From contig DATKGV010000004.1 of NCBI GenBank assembly GCA_035510575.1, positions 6,839-70,838 on the forward strand: a stretch of 64,000 bases of DNA, written 5' to 3'. Positions 49,952 through 60,347 of the stretch are shown piece by piece. Numbering within the stretch: position 1 is the stretch's first letter; every line of letters starts with the position of its first letter. The DNA comes from Minisyncoccota bacterium. Lineage in GTDB: Bacteria; Patescibacteriota; Minisyncoccia; Phycocordibacterales; UBA9973. The notes under the pieces are model-generated. The model saw only the letters and a list, made by a program, of their open reading frames with translations. It ran no database searches and had not been told where the DNA came from. The position numbers and the translations under genes are program-made.

Positions 49952-50414
49952 AAAATATATTATGTCGTGCTTTTAATCTGATCGACCGTTCCGTGCTTTT
50001 AATCTGATCGACCGTTCCTTTAATGGCGTTCGCTATGACAAATGAGCCCAAGAGCAATGCCGCGCCTATCAAGGTGTACATGAGCGTCTTTTTCGCCTTG
50101 GTAAGTTCTTCCGGATTGCCTCGCGCTTTGACAAAAAGGAAACCGCTATAAATGATAGCCAGCGTGACTATCGGCACCCCGACAACAAGGACAATATTGA
50201 GAATAGCTTCAATGAAAGCAGGAAGAGTGGTAAGAGAAGGACCTAATGGGTTATTAATCTGAGTTTTTACTTGGACGCCAGGTATTGTTCCGCCTTCTGC
50301 GCTAATAAATATTACGGGCATAAGAAGAGAGAAACCTATAATAAAAATGAAGCTATATTTTGCAAAAGTTGAGAGAATGCTGTATTTATTTTTCTTTAAA
50401 ATTTTCATAATCAT
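49935..50414 (-). CDS. CPR pilin-like protein; C-terminus altered by a 26-bp tandem duplication
   Basis: NPLG and IIYSGFLFV.ARGNPEEL.KAKKT pattern. Confidence 0.8.
   Translation of the reverse strand: MIMKILKKNKYSILSTFAKYSFIFIIGFSLLMPVIFISAEGGTIPGVQVKTQINNPLGPSLTTLPAFIEAILNIVLVVGVPIVTLAIIYSGFLFVKARGNPEELTKAKKTLMYTLIGAALLLGSFVIANAIKGTVDQIKSTERSIRLKARHNIFYEYSK
49966..50017. repeat. Perfect 26-bp tandem duplication
   Basis: (cgtgcttttaatctgatcgaccgttc) twice. Confidence 0.9.
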
Positions 50415-50430
50415 AAAATATTAATAATAA

Positions 50431-50907
50431 TTAACTTGCAAGAAACATTGGTCCAGTAAAGCCAAGCGTTACGAGAATCGTCTTGACTACAAGCCACGCC
50501 GCGAGAGCTATGACAAAACCGATAACCACATTTTTTATGATGCTTTTGGCCTTGGTAACTTTCTCAGAGCTGCCACCCGAGAATATCATCAGAAATCCAG
50601 CATAGACCAAAATCAAAGCAACAAGCGGTGTAACAATGGTAATTAAAAGAAAATTTATGACATTGTTTATTAAAGTCATCAGAGAGTCAAAATTACAAGG
50701 ATTTTTATATACTTGTTCATATACTGGTTGATTTTTGCTATCTAAAAGAGGCTTACCATTTTGATCATAAAGAGGTTTACCATTGATAAGCGCGCCAGTA
50801 TTACAATCAGGAACTATGGGATTCGCCGCATAAGCTACACTAAAAGATAAAGCTGGAGTTAAGACAATTGCGCATCCCACTATTAAAATAAATATCTTTT
50901 TTTTCAT
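50431..50907 (-). CDS. CPR pilin-like (VirB2/TrbC-type) membrane protein
   Basis: VPDC...PC.F and YAGF....SGG..EK..KAK.I...V.G..I.LAAWL pattern. Confidence 0.8.
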   Translation of the reverse strand: MKKKIFILIVGCAIVLTPALSFSVAYAANPIVPDCNTGALINGKPLYDQNGKPLLDSKNQPVYEQVYKNPCNFDSLMTLINNVINFLLITIVTPLVALILVYAGFLMIFSGGSSEKVTKAKSIIKNVVIGFVIALAAWLVVKTILVTLGFTGPMFLAS

Positions 50908-50909
50908 AA

Positions 50910-52214
50910 TTATTTCTTGGTTATAAGCTCAAGTTCGTTTTGAGCTTTATTAATGGCATCGTCGACGGATAATTTGCTTGATAAAATATTCTGAATCAAT
51001 TCAGAGAAAATTGCATCGCTCTTGACGCTGTCAGGGTCGAGCCATGTTCTTGATATGATAGCCGAATTAAAGAATGTAAACAAATACGGATCTGTCGGCC
51101 TGTTTGCAAGCAACGCCTTTGATGCCGGCGGCAAGGAAACGGCGGCGGCAAAATTGCTGGCAGTATCTCCAGAGCTTAATATTCCGGCCAGTCCGAATGC
51201 CGCCGTTATATTGGCTGATCTTTTATTTACAGCAATGGCGTAGATATTTCCATAAGTGCGCTTATTGGGAGAATTTCTTGTCTGCAGCATTTGCGCCACG
51301 TCAAAGCTCAAATTCGGATTTGTTGATTGAATTTTAAACAATTCGCTGGCATAGCCCAGATATAAAGCCAACTTTCCGCCGGTAAACATATCTATAGAGT
51401 TAGGCAAAGCGCTATTCCACGAATAGGCCGAGTCAGTCGGATTTGAGAATTCAGTGAAGAAATTAAGTATAGTTGCAAACGGCGAAATTGACGAAGAAGA
51501 CGATGAGCCGTTTAATATCGGAGCATAGCCTGTGGCAGTTCGCTCTACAATGGCATTGCCGCTCTGAAGCAATAAAGTGGAAAGTATTTCCTTGGCATTA
51601 TTTATGTTGTCATATCTGCCGAGAGCAATCATGCTTTGCAATATTGTGCCGTTATTCTGCTTTTTGGTCAAAGCGGAATTTAGATTGAATAATTCATCCC
51701 AATATGAGGGCGGCTCTGATATGCCTTCATTTGAAAGAAGATCTTTGTTGTAATACATAACCATCGGATCCACGACTATCGGCAGGCCAATCACGCCGTC
51801 GCTTGCCAGATACACATCCGCTCCGTTTATGAATGAATCAGTGAATGTTTTCTGCGGGTAACTAGCATATGGGATTTTATACGCAAAGTTTTCAAATTTT
51901 TGAATCATGGCAGGAGTAATTAAAAATAAATCAGGACCCGTGCCGCTTGCGAATGCTTCAATCAACGATTGCTCGTAGCTCGATTCATCTTTTTTCACAT
52001 AATTAATAATCAAATCTTTATTCGCTCCGCTAGTATCGCTGAAGACCTTTAACAATTCGGGATTAGAAAACGTGCCCCAAACGACAACCTTGCCGACTGG
52101 AGCGGAGGCGCTGTTTGATGAGCCGCCTATTTTTATAAGTCCAGAGAATATAAGCACGGCAAAAACAAAGAAAGCTATGAAGATTCCAACCAAAATTGTC
52201 TGAAAATTACTCAT
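50910..52214 (-). CDS. Extracellular solute-binding protein (family 1)
   Basis: TM anchor, VVWG, GPDLF, MYYNKDL motifs. Confidence 0.85.
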   Translation of the reverse strand: MSNFQTILVGIFIAFFVFAVLIFSGLIKIGGSSNSASAPVGKVVVWGTFSNPELLKVFSDTSGANKDLIINYVKKDESSYEQSLIEAFASGTGPDLFLITPAMIQKFENFAYKIPYASYPQKTFTDSFINGADVYLASDGVIGLPIVVDPMVMYYNKDLLSNEGISEPPSYWDELFNLNSALTKKQNNGTILQSMIALGRYDNINNAKEILSTLLLQSGNAIVERTATGYAPILNGSSSSSSISPFATILNFFTEFSNPTDSAYSWNSALPNSIDMFTGGKLALYLGYASELFKIQSTNPNLSFDVAQMLQTRNSPNKRTYGNIYAIAVNKRSANITAAFGLAGILSSGDTASNFAAAVSLPPASKALLANRPTDPYLFTFFNSAIISRTWLDPDSVKSDAIFSELIQNILSSKLSVDDAINKAQNELELITKK

Positions 52215-52755
52215 ACTTGAAGATTATACCATAATGATTAATGCTTGCCTCAATATTTTCCAGAAACTTAAACCCGCGCTTAACGAAAAATTCTTTGGCT
52301 TTTTCGGAAGTAATGATCCTGTCTTTGCCCAAAGTCCGACTTAGGGCTTGCCCTAAGTCGGACTTTGGGTTATCTTCCCAGTCAATCAATAAGATCTTGC
52401 CGCCTTTTTTTAAAACACGCTTAGCTTCATCTATCAGGCCGAGCTTGTCTTCCGCCTGGGATAAGACATTTGAAATAATAACTGCATCCATGCTTCTATC
52501 GGCTATTTTCGTGCCGCCTGCTCGTTCTATATCGCCCCAAATGCAATCAATATTTGAAATTTTTCGCTGAATCAGATCTTTTTCAAGATTTTTCACAAGA
52601 TCCTTTTGCGCTTCAATTGCATAGACCTTGCCTGTATGGCCGACTCGCGCGCCAGCCGCTTTTGAATAAAATCCGGTTCCAGCGCCGAAATCAGCAACAC
52701 GCATACCTTCGTAAAGTCCAAGTCGGGCGACAATTTTATCGGGGTTCACAAACAT
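52207..52755 (-). CDS. Class I SAM-dependent methyltransferase
   Basis: VADFGAGTG and RVLKKGG motifs. Confidence 0.88.
   Translation of the reverse strand: MFVNPDKIVARLGLYEGMRVADFGAGTGFYSKAAGARVGHTGKVYAIEAQKDLVKNLEKDLIQRKISNIDCIWGDIERAGGTKIADRSMDAVIISNVLSQAEDKLGLIDEAKRVLKKGGKILLIDWEDNPKSDLGQALSRTLGKDRIITSEKAKEFFVKRGFKFLENIEASINHYGIIFKYE
52328..52369. repeat. Perfect 20-bp inverted repeat (42 nt), in-frame
   Basis: cccaaagtccgacttagggc-tt-gccctaagtcggactttggg. Confidence 0.88.
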
Positions 52756-52798
52756 GATTTAATTATATCACGAACAAAACAGCAAAAACATCCTTTTG

Positions 52799-55243
52799 TT
52801 ACAAACATACTATAGACGCAATGCTGTCGCCTTCGTGGAGCTTCATAATTGTCACCCCTTGGGTCTGGCGGCCGGATGTCGGAATGGATTTCAAGTCAAC
52901 ACGTATAACCTGGCCTTTCTGCGAGACAGCGATAATTTCATTTTCATCACCGACGATTTTTGCAACAATCAACTTCCCCGTCTTGGCTGTAACTTTAGCT
53001 GTTTTAATGCCTGATCCTCCGCGCTTTTGGGTCTTATATTCTTTTATGTTTGTCTTTTTCCCGCGGCCATTTGAACCGAGAACAAGCAGTGAGTGCGCGA
53101 TCTCGCCTTTGGGAATGCGATCAACTCCAATAACAGAATCGCCTTTGCCAAGCTTCATAGCTCTGACTCCTCCGGCACTGCGACCCATAACTCTGACATC
53201 TGATTCCTTGAATCTTATTGACTGGCCCATGGATGTGGCAAGCATGACATCATCGCCCTTTGAAATTGGCAAAACCGCCTGCAATTGATCATTTTTATCA
53301 AGTTTAATGGCTATTAGTCCGCTGCGGCGAACGTCTTTAAAGCTTTCGGCAGAAACTTTCTTGGCAGTTCCTTTCGCTGTCACAAGCATTAAATGCTCAA
53401 CAGTTTTTTTAGTTTCTTTATCTATAGGCAATATTGAAGTAACTTTCTCCTCGCCGTCAAGAGAAATGAAATTCATTATTGATTTGCCTTTTGTCGCGCG
53501 CTTGCCCTCGGGGATATCGTACATTTTAATCTGATAGGCCTTTCCAAGATTTGTAAAGAACAATAAATCACTGTGAGTATTGGCAGAGATAAGCATCGTC
53601 ACGAAATCTTCTTCTTTCGGCTCAATATCAATGACACCCACACCGCCGCGCTTTTGAATGCGATATTCGCCGGGGTCAGTGCGCTTGACATAACCGCCCT
53701 TCGTAAAAACCAGAACTGATTCTTTTTCAGGAATGAGATCTTCTTCATTGATAGCTTTGACTCCGCCTTTGATTATGCGAGTGCGCCTTTCGTCGGAATA
53801 TTTGTCTCTGATTTCTTTCAGTTCATTTGAAATAATCTGAAGCATTTTCTTCGGACTGGCAAGTAACATTTCCAATTCTTTTATCAAGTCCTGCTTTTCT
53901 TTCAATTCAAGTTCCACATTCTTGCGCTCAAGCGAGGCAAGCTTTGCAAGCTTCATTTCTAGTATGGCTGTCGCCTGCAAATCGGAAAACTTGAATTCTT
54001 TCATCAAATTTAATTTGGCGGCAACAGTGTCTTTGGAAGCGCGAATTATTGAGATAACCTTGTCTATGTGGTCAAGCGCTTTTTTCAATCCCAGCAGGAT
54101 ATGCTCGCGTTCTTTGGCTTTCTTTAAATCATATTCAGCGCGGCGGCGGACAACCACGACTCTGTGATTAATGAATTCGCCAAGCAAACTTTTTAATGAT
54201 AATGTCTGAGGCACGCCGTCGACGAGAGCCACGATGTTGAAATTGAACGACTGTTCAAGCTGAGTGTGCTTGTAGATATAATTTAAAATTTTCTGAGGGA
54301 ATACTCCTTGCTTAAGATCAATGACAATGCGCATATCTTTGGCTGATTCGTCGCGAAGCCCTTTAATGCCTTCAATCTTCTTCTCCTGTATAAGCAGGGC
54401 TATGGATTCTATGAGCACGGATTTATTGACTCGATAAGGTATGGAAGTAATGATAATCTGAAAAGTGCCGGATTTTTGTTCTGCGATTTCTGCTTCGCCG
54501 CGAGCAACAACGCCTCCTCGGCCGGTGGAATAAGCATGGAGAAGATCTGTCTGCCCGTAAACTATGCCGCCAGTCGGAAAATCAGGCCCTTTGATGAATT
54601 GCATCAATTCTTCAGTTGTTGCGTCCTTATTATCAATAAGATGGATTGCCGCATCGATGGTTTCAGCCAGATTATGAGGCGGTATGTTGGTAGCCATGCC
54701 GACAGCAATGCCCAGAGTGCCGTTTATAAGCAAATTAGGAACCGCTGTCGGAAGCACATTCGGCTCTTTGCGCGTTTGGTCGTAATTCGGGCGGAAATCC
54801 ACGGTCTCTTTTTCAAGATCAAGCAAAAGAAGCGAGGATACTTTTGACATCTTCGCTTCGGTGTAACGCATGGCAGCGGCGCCATCGCCATCGATTGAGC
54901 CGAAGTTTCCCTGTCCGAATATCAGCGGATAACGATAAGAGAAGTCCTGCGCCATATTGACCATGGAATCATAAACCGCCACGTCTCCATGAGGATGATA
55001 TTTCCCAAGCACGTCGCCGACCACGGCAGCCGACTTGCGAAATCTTCCCTGATAAGTCAAACCCATTTCATGCATTGCATAGAGAATGCGCCTATGGACA
55101 GGCTTCAAGCCGTCGCGAACGTCAGGCAAGGCGCGATCAGTAATCACAGACATGGCGTAGTCAATAAAGGACTCTTTCATTTCAGAGCCGATATCGACAG
55201 ACACTATATTTACATGTTCCTTCTTTATTTCTTCCTTAGCCAT
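52799..55243 (-). CDS. gyrA: DNA gyrase subunit A
   Basis: [21 protein letters not shown], GyrA box QKRGGVG, pinwheel repeats. Confidence 0.97.
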   Translation of the reverse strand: MAKEEIKKEHVNIVSVDIGSEMKESFIDYAMSVITDRALPDVRDGLKPVHRRILYAMHEMGLTYQGRFRKSAAVVGDVLGKYHPHGDVAVYDSMVNMAQDFSYRYPLIFGQGNFGSIDGDGAAAMRYTEAKMSKVSSLLLLDLEKETVDFRPNYDQTRKEPNVLPTAVPNLLINGTLGIAVGMATNIPPHNLAETIDAAIHLIDNKDATTEELMQFIKGPDFPTGGIVYGQTDLLHAYSTGRGGVVARGEAEIAEQKSGTFQIIITSIPYRVNKSVLIESIALLIQEKKIEGIKGLRDESAKDMRIVIDLKQGVFPQKILNYIYKHTQLEQSFNFNIVALVDGVPQTLSLKSLLGEFINHRVVVVRRRAEYDLKKAKEREHILLGLKKALDHIDKVISIIRASKDTVAAKLNLMKEFKFSDLQATAILEMKLAKLASLERKNVELELKEKQDLIKELEMLLASPKKMLQIISNELKEIRDKYSDERRTRIIKGGVKAINEEDLIPEKESVLVFTKGGYVKRTDPGEYRIQKRGGVGVIDIEPKEEDFVTMLISANTHSDLLFFTNLGKAYQIKMYDIPEGKRATKGKSIMNFISLDGEEKVTSILPIDKETKKTVEHLMLVTAKGTAKKVSAESFKDVRRSGLIAIKLDKNDQLQAVLPISKGDDVMLATSMGQSIRFKESDVRVMGRSAGGVRAMKLGKGDSVIGVDRIPKGEIAHSLLVLGSNGRGKKTNIKEYKTQKRGGSGIKTAKVTAKTGKLIVAKIVGDENEIIAVSQKGQVIRVDLKSIPTSGRQTQGVTIMKLHEGDSIASIVCL

Positions 55244-55245
55244 AA

Positions 55246-55557
55246 TTATTGATTAGGATCTTTTATTACATTCAAATCTATCTGCTTGCCGTCTGCATTA
55301 CCGGTCTTCTTTGAAAAAGAAATATTGCCGACGCTGGCGCTTATATTTTTTAAAGCATCTCCAATCGAACTCCCTAAAAGAGCAAAGGGTTTCATGTCAG
55401 CGCTGGCTTGGCTCGCAACTTTAGCATCGAATCTGCCAGTCAAGTTGTATATCCATATTGATCCGACAATGACCATCGAAAAAATCATTAATCCGACAAG
55501 TATTTGTTTTCTGATATGCTCTTCTTTTGATTGTAATTTTTTTATATATGCGCGCAT
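55246..55557 (-). CDS. Membrane-anchored hypothetical protein
   Basis: One TM helix; in operon with gyrA. Confidence 0.7.
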   Translation of the reverse strand: MRAYIKKLQSKEEHIRKQILVGLMIFSMVIVGSIWIYNLTGRFDAKVASQASADMKPFALLGSSIGDALKNISASVGNISFSKKTGNADGKQIDLNVIKDPNQ

Positions 55558-55571
55558 ATAAATTTAAATAT

Positions 55572-56201
55572 TTAATATGATAATACTACTATTTCTCCTT
55601 CGCGGCCGATAAGCTCTTTTGATTTGATTGAAAGCTTTTCAATCGGCGCAATTTTCTCTTGACCGCCTTCTTTAAGGAAAGCTTTCAATGTTTTTTCGTC
55701 ATAGTCCATAGGTATGATAATTTTCGGTTCAATCGATACTGCAAGCTTATACGCTTCCGACGGCGCAAGCAGCTCATTATTGCCGATAGGCACAAATAAT
55801 ATGTCGGGAGAGCCGATCTCTTCGAGAACATTTGAATCCAATTTAATTTTATTGGAAACAGCGCCAAGAAAGCACAAAGATATGTTATCAACCGATAAAG
55901 AATAAATAGTATTGATATATTTCTTGCCATCAAGCATTGTTTCAGTCATGATGCCTTTTATGAAAATATCTTTGATCTCGTAATCGCCCGGACCGCGGAC
56001 TTCAAAGGGTATTGTCTCGCCGTGAGAAACCATGTCAAAGCCATTGTAGTCGGGATGATTGGCGGTTGAAAGCGCAATTGTCGAGCCAAAACGAGATGGT
56101 TTCGCTCCGGACTTGGAATCCTTGCTGATTGGGTTGAAAGCAAGCACTAAATCCCCTTGCTGAATCTTGAAGAATTGCTTGCCTAAATATGTGATAATCA
56201 T
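55572..56201 (-). CDS. Metallo-beta-lactamase-fold protein (degenerate metal motif)
   Basis: MIITYLG..F, GPGDYE, DILFVPIG, EPKIIIPM motifs. Confidence 0.8.
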   Translation of the reverse strand: MIITYLGKQFFKIQQGDLVLAFNPISKDSKSGAKPSRFGSTIALSTANHPDYNGFDMVSHGETIPFEVRGPGDYEIKDIFIKGIMTETMLDGKKYINTIYSLSVDNISLCFLGAVSNKIKLDSNVLEEIGSPDILFVPIGNNELLAPSEAYKLAVSIEPKIIIPMDYDEKTLKAFLKEGGQEKIAPIEKLSIKSKELIGREGEIVVLSY

Positions 56202-56276
56202 GCGTCTATTATAGCAAAAATTTCATAAAAATACAAAAAAATAAAGCTGATATATGGGTGTTATCAGCTTTATGAT

Positions 56277-56615
56277 TTAGTTTCTTTGTGATTTTCTCAT
56301 TCTCGCACTTATGAACAAAAATTCAGGTGTTTTAATTGTTTGAGAATCAAAAAAAATTATCTCTTTCTCTTTTGAAAGTTTTAGGTATTTTTTTAGTTCA
56401 TTGACCTTTATATAATAACTGGCTGAAAGGTTATCTATTTTTTTACCTAACTCTTTTATTTCTTCATCTATTTTATGAGATGAAGGAAGATCATAGAGAG
56501 AATCAATCTCACACTCAATCTTTTTAATTTCTCTTGAACGTTCTTCAGAAAGAGCTAATATGGCCTTATTTAAATCCTCAAGAGTTTTAATTGGTGGTTT
56601 AATATCTTTTTCCAT
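56277..56615 (-). CDS. Hypothetical coiled-coil protein
   Basis: AT-rich ORF. Confidence 0.5.
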   Translation of the reverse strand: MEKDIKPPIKTLEDLNKAILALSEERSREIKKIECEIDSLYDLPSSHKIDEEIKELGKKIDNLSASYYIKVNELKKYLKLSKEKEIIFFDSQTIKTPEFLFISARMRKSQRN

Positions 56616-56809
56616 AATTTTCAGATTTTTCAATTTTCCTAAACTATACATCAATGATAGCTAAAAGTCAACCGTTGCAAAGAGCTTAGATATATTGTAT
56701 ATTCTACACGTTATAAGCCCAGCTGTGGATAACCCTCTTTGCCTGTTTGGATAATCCAAGAGTTAAAGACACCCACTTCTGCGCCGCTATGGAGCGGTTT
56801 TTATTATTT

Positions 56810-57940
56810 ATGAAAAAAAATGAAGAAAAGAACGTAATAGACAGCATTGCCGAGCATGCCAAGATTGAATTATCAAGCATCGGCAAAATGCTCGACAAGA
56901 CAGATCTTCCCCCTCAGGTAGATTCCCTTGTGGAAGGTCCGGTTATTTTGATCCAAAAATCATCAGTTTATATTGATCTGGCGCCGTTCGGCACCGGCAT
57001 AATTTATGGGCGGGAATTCATCAACGCCAAAGATATTATAAAGAAAATTAATATCGGCGATGTCGTCAAAGCGAAAGTTGTTTCGACTGATAATGAAGAG
57101 GGCTATATTGAGCTGTCTCTTAAAGAAGCCAAGCAAGCTCTTATCTGGAGCGAGGCCGATAAAGCGATAAAATCCAAAACTGCGCTTGAACTTATCGTCA
57201 AAGAAGCAAATAAAGGCGGTCTTATTTTGGAGTGGCAAGGTATACAGGGATTCCTTCCGGCTTCACAGCTCAAGAGCGAACATTATCCTCGCGTTGAGGA
57301 CTCGGACAAAGATAAAATTCTCAAGGCGCTCAAAATGCTTGTCGGCAAGCACATTAATGTCGTCATGATTTCAGCGCTTCCAAAAGAAGGCAAGCTTATT
57401 TTTTCTGAAAAAGACAATAATCCGGAAGAAAGGCAGGAAATTATAAATAAATACAATATCGGCGATGAGCTGGAATGCACCGTTGCCGGTATCGTTGACT
57501 TCGGAATTTTCTTGAAAGTTGAAGAAGGGCTTGAAGGGCTTGTCCATATATCAGAAATTGATTGGGGCTTAGTTGAAGATCCGCGTTCAATGTTCAAGAT
57601 TGGCGACAAGGTTAAGGCGAAGATAATCGAGATAAAGGACGGCAAAATTTCCCTCTCAATCAAAGCTCTGAAAGAAAATCCATGGAAAGAATTTGAGAAT
57701 AATTTAAAGAAAGGAGATATTGTCTCTGGAGTCGTGATTAAGTTCAACAAGCATGGCGCTCTTGTTTCTATCAAGCAGGGCGTTGCCGGACTTGTCCATA
57801 ATTCAAGCTTCGGTTCGGAAGAAAAATTAAGAAAGACACTTGAGCTTGGAAAAACATATAACTTCCAAGTCACATTGTTCGAACCGAAAGACCAGCGTAT
57901 GACGCTTGTCTATCTTGATAACGAAAAGAAAGCTGAGTAA
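56810..57940 (+). CDS. rpsA: 30S ribosomal protein S1 (four S1 domains)
   Basis: ANKGGL, GFLPASQL, FGIF....EGLVHISE motifs. Confidence 0.9.
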   Translation: MKKNEEKNVIDSIAEHAKIELSSIGKMLDKTDLPPQVDSLVEGPVILIQKSSVYIDLAPFGTGIIYGREFINAKDIIKKINIGDVVKAKVVSTDNEEGYIELSLKEAKQALIWSEADKAIKSKTALELIVKEANKGGLILEWQGIQGFLPASQLKSEHYPRVEDSDKDKILKALKMLVGKHINVVMISALPKEGKLIFSEKDNNPEERQEIINKYNIGDELECTVAGIVDFGIFLKVEEGLEGLVHISEIDWGLVEDPRSMFKIGDKVKAKIIEIKDGKISLSIKALKENPWKEFENNLKKGDIVSGVVIKFNKHGALVSIKQGVAGLVHNSSFGSEEKLRKTLELGKTYNFQVTLFEPKDQRMTLVYLDNEKKAE

Positions 57941-57949
57941 ATAATATAA

Positions 57950-57987
57950 AACTCGTTAGGAACTCGTTAGGTCTTGCCTAACGAGTT
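57950..57987. repeat. TAGG-N5-CCTA palindrome with a duplicated left arm; supplies the stop codon of the ddl-like gene
   Basis: aactcgttagg aactcgttagg-tcttg-cctaacgagtt. Confidence 0.8.
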
Positions 57988-58910
57988 TTATATATAGCAA
58001 GATTGATTATATGCTTTATAAATTCTGGCATGGATGAGCCGACTAATTGCAAATGTTTGCCTAATTGAGAATCTTCTGCAAGTTCAGGCAAAGTATCAAC
58101 TTCTATAGCGTATACGCCTTTTTTGGGAGAAATAATAAAATGAATTTGGGAGTAGTGATTCAAATCCAGGCCATTATGGATTTTAACTGCTAGAGATTCA
58201 ATTTTCTGTTTCTCATCCCTTGATAAATTATCGCTGGACAAAAACGGATATGTATCTTCTCCGCGAAAGTTGTCTATGACTGAAATAGAAGCATGCCTTC
58301 CTTCAATCATTTCTTCAACTAAAATGGAAATTTTCTCCCTGACGCCGATTTCAAATGCGCGAACTAATTCTTGAAATGTCCTGCAGACATGAATGCCCAT
58401 GGATGAATCGCCGGTTAATGACTTGACTATCCAAGGCGGAGGCAAAAGTTCTAAAATTTCGCGCGCTTTTTTATAAATATATTCTTCACGCGGACCGTCT
58501 AAATCTTCAAGATACGCTGAAAGTAATATGTGCTTGGGCGTATTGATTCCTAGTTCGGCAAATTTCTCTTTTGTAAGAACCTTATTATGGCTTATAAAAG
58601 ATGCTTGCAGATCACTTCCGGTATATGGAATTCCATATTTTTCCAAAAGTTTTTGAATTTGGCCATTTTTCCCATAATCTCCATGAAGCGCATTCCATAT
58701 GACATCAATTTTGTCTTTTAAAATATCTAATGTCACAGGCATGCCATTTGCATGCCAAACGCCGTCTTTGGAAATAAAAATATCTAAAGGCCAATATTCT
58801 CTATTCATTAAGTCGCTTCTTAAATGCGAAAGAATATGCTCACCACTTTTAAGCGAGACATCATAATATTGCGGGCTTGCGCCTCCGCGAATAACTCCTA
58901 CTCGTATCAT
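57978..58910 (-). CDS. D-alanine--D-alanine ligase-like ATP-grasp protein (divergent)
   Basis: V.RGG.S....VSL.SG, NALHG, GIPYTGS, SSMG; several canonical residues are changed. Confidence 0.75.
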   Translation of the reverse strand: MIRVGVIRGGASPQYYDVSLKSGEHILSHLRSDLMNREYWPLDIFISKDGVWHANGMPVTLDILKDKIDVIWNALHGDYGKNGQIQKLLEKYGIPYTGSDLQASFISHNKVLTKEKFAELGINTPKHILLSAYLEDLDGPREEYIYKKAREILELLPPPWIVKSLTGDSSMGIHVCRTFQELVRAFEIGVREKISILVEEMIEGRHASISVIDNFRGEDTYPFLSSDNLSRDEKQKIESLAVKIHNGLDLNHYSQIHFIISPKKGVYAIEVDTLPELAEDSQLGKHLQLVGSSMPEFIKHIINLAIYKTR

Positions 58911-58914
58911 ACTT

Positions 58915-60276
58915 TTATTTTAGCATATTTTTACGGCTTTTATGCCTATAGAAAGCAATTGCAAATCTATGCGACTCGCCGTTGGCAAGCAAGATGGATT
59001 TCTTATGAAGCTTAATTATTTGTTCATCGCCGATTATAGCTTTAGCTTTATGCTTGTCATTTTTAACAACAGCAACTATTGGAATATCAAATTGATAACG
59101 ATTAAGCACTTTTTTGGCGACATTTATCTGAGCAATACTGCCATCCATAACTACAAGATTGGGAATCCCCCATTCAAGATGATGGAGTCGGCGAGACAAA
59201 ACTTCTTCAAGGGCGCCAGTATCATTTGAATGCGTTTGAGTACTTATAATGAATTTCCTGTACTCATTTTTATTTGATTTATTATTTTCAACAACTGTCA
59301 TAACGCCAACCATATTCTTGCCAGACATATGAGCAATATCATAAGCTTCTATCCTAAATGAAGCTATAAAATGATTTCCAGAATGGTCTGGCCGAGCGTA
59401 ATCGCGAGGAGATCCGAGGACCTTTTGGAAATCATTTTCTAGCGAAATATCTTCTTTTATAAGAGCCACATCATTTATGTGTTCTAAGGCGAAAATTCTT
59501 TTCTTAACCTCATTGGCCTTTTCAAATTCTTTTTTCTTTGCATAAGAAAGCATTTCCTTCTTAAAATTTTGAATTATCTTTTTCTTTTTGCCTTGAAAGA
59601 AAAGATTTAAATTGATAATATTTTTTTTATATTGGTTTAGTGAAGCAGAAAAAGAGTTTTCAAAATGGTCTGGCCGAGCCGAAGGCGAAGGAGATCCGAG
59701 GACCTTTTGAAAACTCTTTTTCTGCGAAATATTACTAATTTCTGGTGTTAAACCTAATTGTTTATAAAATTCATAATTTTGCTTCTTGCTGGAACTTGCA
59801 TCAATATACGGGAAAATCCTGCGAATTATCTTCATTGCTTCGCGAAGCTGCAAGCCATTCGGAAATGGACCGTAGACAGAATTAAAGAAAAGTTTTTCTT
59901 TAATTCTGTCTAGATTTCTCCCCCGCACCACCAAAACTTTCGGTAATTCTTCCCTAGTTATACAAACATAATTAAAACTTTTATTGTCTTTTTCTTTTGT
60001 ATTATATTTCGGCTGATATTTTTTTATTAAGTTCGCTTCAAGAATAATAGCTTCCAAAACAGAATCGGTTTCCTGCCATTTTATGCTGTCTGCTTGCATA
60101 ATCATATCCACAAGCAATGGTCCGCGAGTGGCTATCAAATCCTTGCCAAAATAGCTCTTTACTCTATCTCGTAAAGAAGTAGCTTTACCTGTATATAAAA
60201 GAGTTTTCTCTTTATAAAAGAAATAAACACCAGGTTTATCAGGAATTTTATATTTTTTTAAATCTTGACTTTTCAT
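58915..60276 (-). CDS. uvrC: UvrC-like excinuclease subunit (no C-terminal HhH), with two 81-nt inserts
   Basis: PDKPGVY, GKATSLRDRVKSYF, UVR domain, RIEAYDIAH, MDG, ESHRFAI motifs. Confidence 0.9.
   Translation of the reverse strand: MKSQDLKKYKIPDKPGVYFFYKEKTLLYTGKATSLRDRVKSYFGKDLIATRGPLLVDMIMQADSIKWQETDSVLEAIILEANLIKKYQPKYNTKEKDNKSFNYVCITREELPKVLVVRGRNLDRIKEKLFFNSVYGPFPNGLQLREAMKIIRRIFPYIDASSSKKQNYEFYKQLGLTPEISNISQKKSFQKVLGSPSPSARPDHFENSFSASLNQYKKNIINLNLFFQGKKKKIIQNFKKEMLSYAKKKEFEKANEVKKRIFALEHINDVALIKEDISLENDFQKVLGSPRDYARPDHSGNHFIASFRIEAYDIAHMSGKNMVGVMTVVENNKSNKNEYRKFIISTQTHSNDTGALEEVLSRRLHHLEWGIPNLVVMDGSIAQINVAKKVLNRYQFDIPIVAVVKNDKHKAKAIIGDEQIIKLHKKSILLANGESHRFAIAFYRHKSRKNMLK
59363..59443 (+). 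repeat. 81-nt stem-loop element, in-frame in uvrC (copy A)
   Basis: Encodes FQKVLGSPRDYARPDHSGNHF. Confidence 0.88.
59645..59725 (+). repeat. 81-nt stem-loop element, in-frame in uvrC (copy B)
   Basis: Encodes FQKVLGSPSPSARPDHFENSF; 21-bp perfect outer stem. Confidence 0.88.
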
Positions 60277-60308
60277 GTTTATTTCCTCTTTAACACTTTC
60301 TTCAAATA

Positions 60309-60337
60309 CCCCGAAGGAAAGAGTACTTCCTACGGGG
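60309..60337. repeat. CCCCG...CTACGGGG hairpin between uvrA and uvrC
   Basis: ccccgaaggaa-agagtac-ttcctacgggg. Confidence 0.55.
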
Positions 60338-60347
60338 CAAGTTTTCC

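Noticed and set aside
59363-59725. Repeats as a CRISPR array
   Set aside because: No regular repeat-spacer periodicity and no cas genes; copies are dispersed and inside ORFs.
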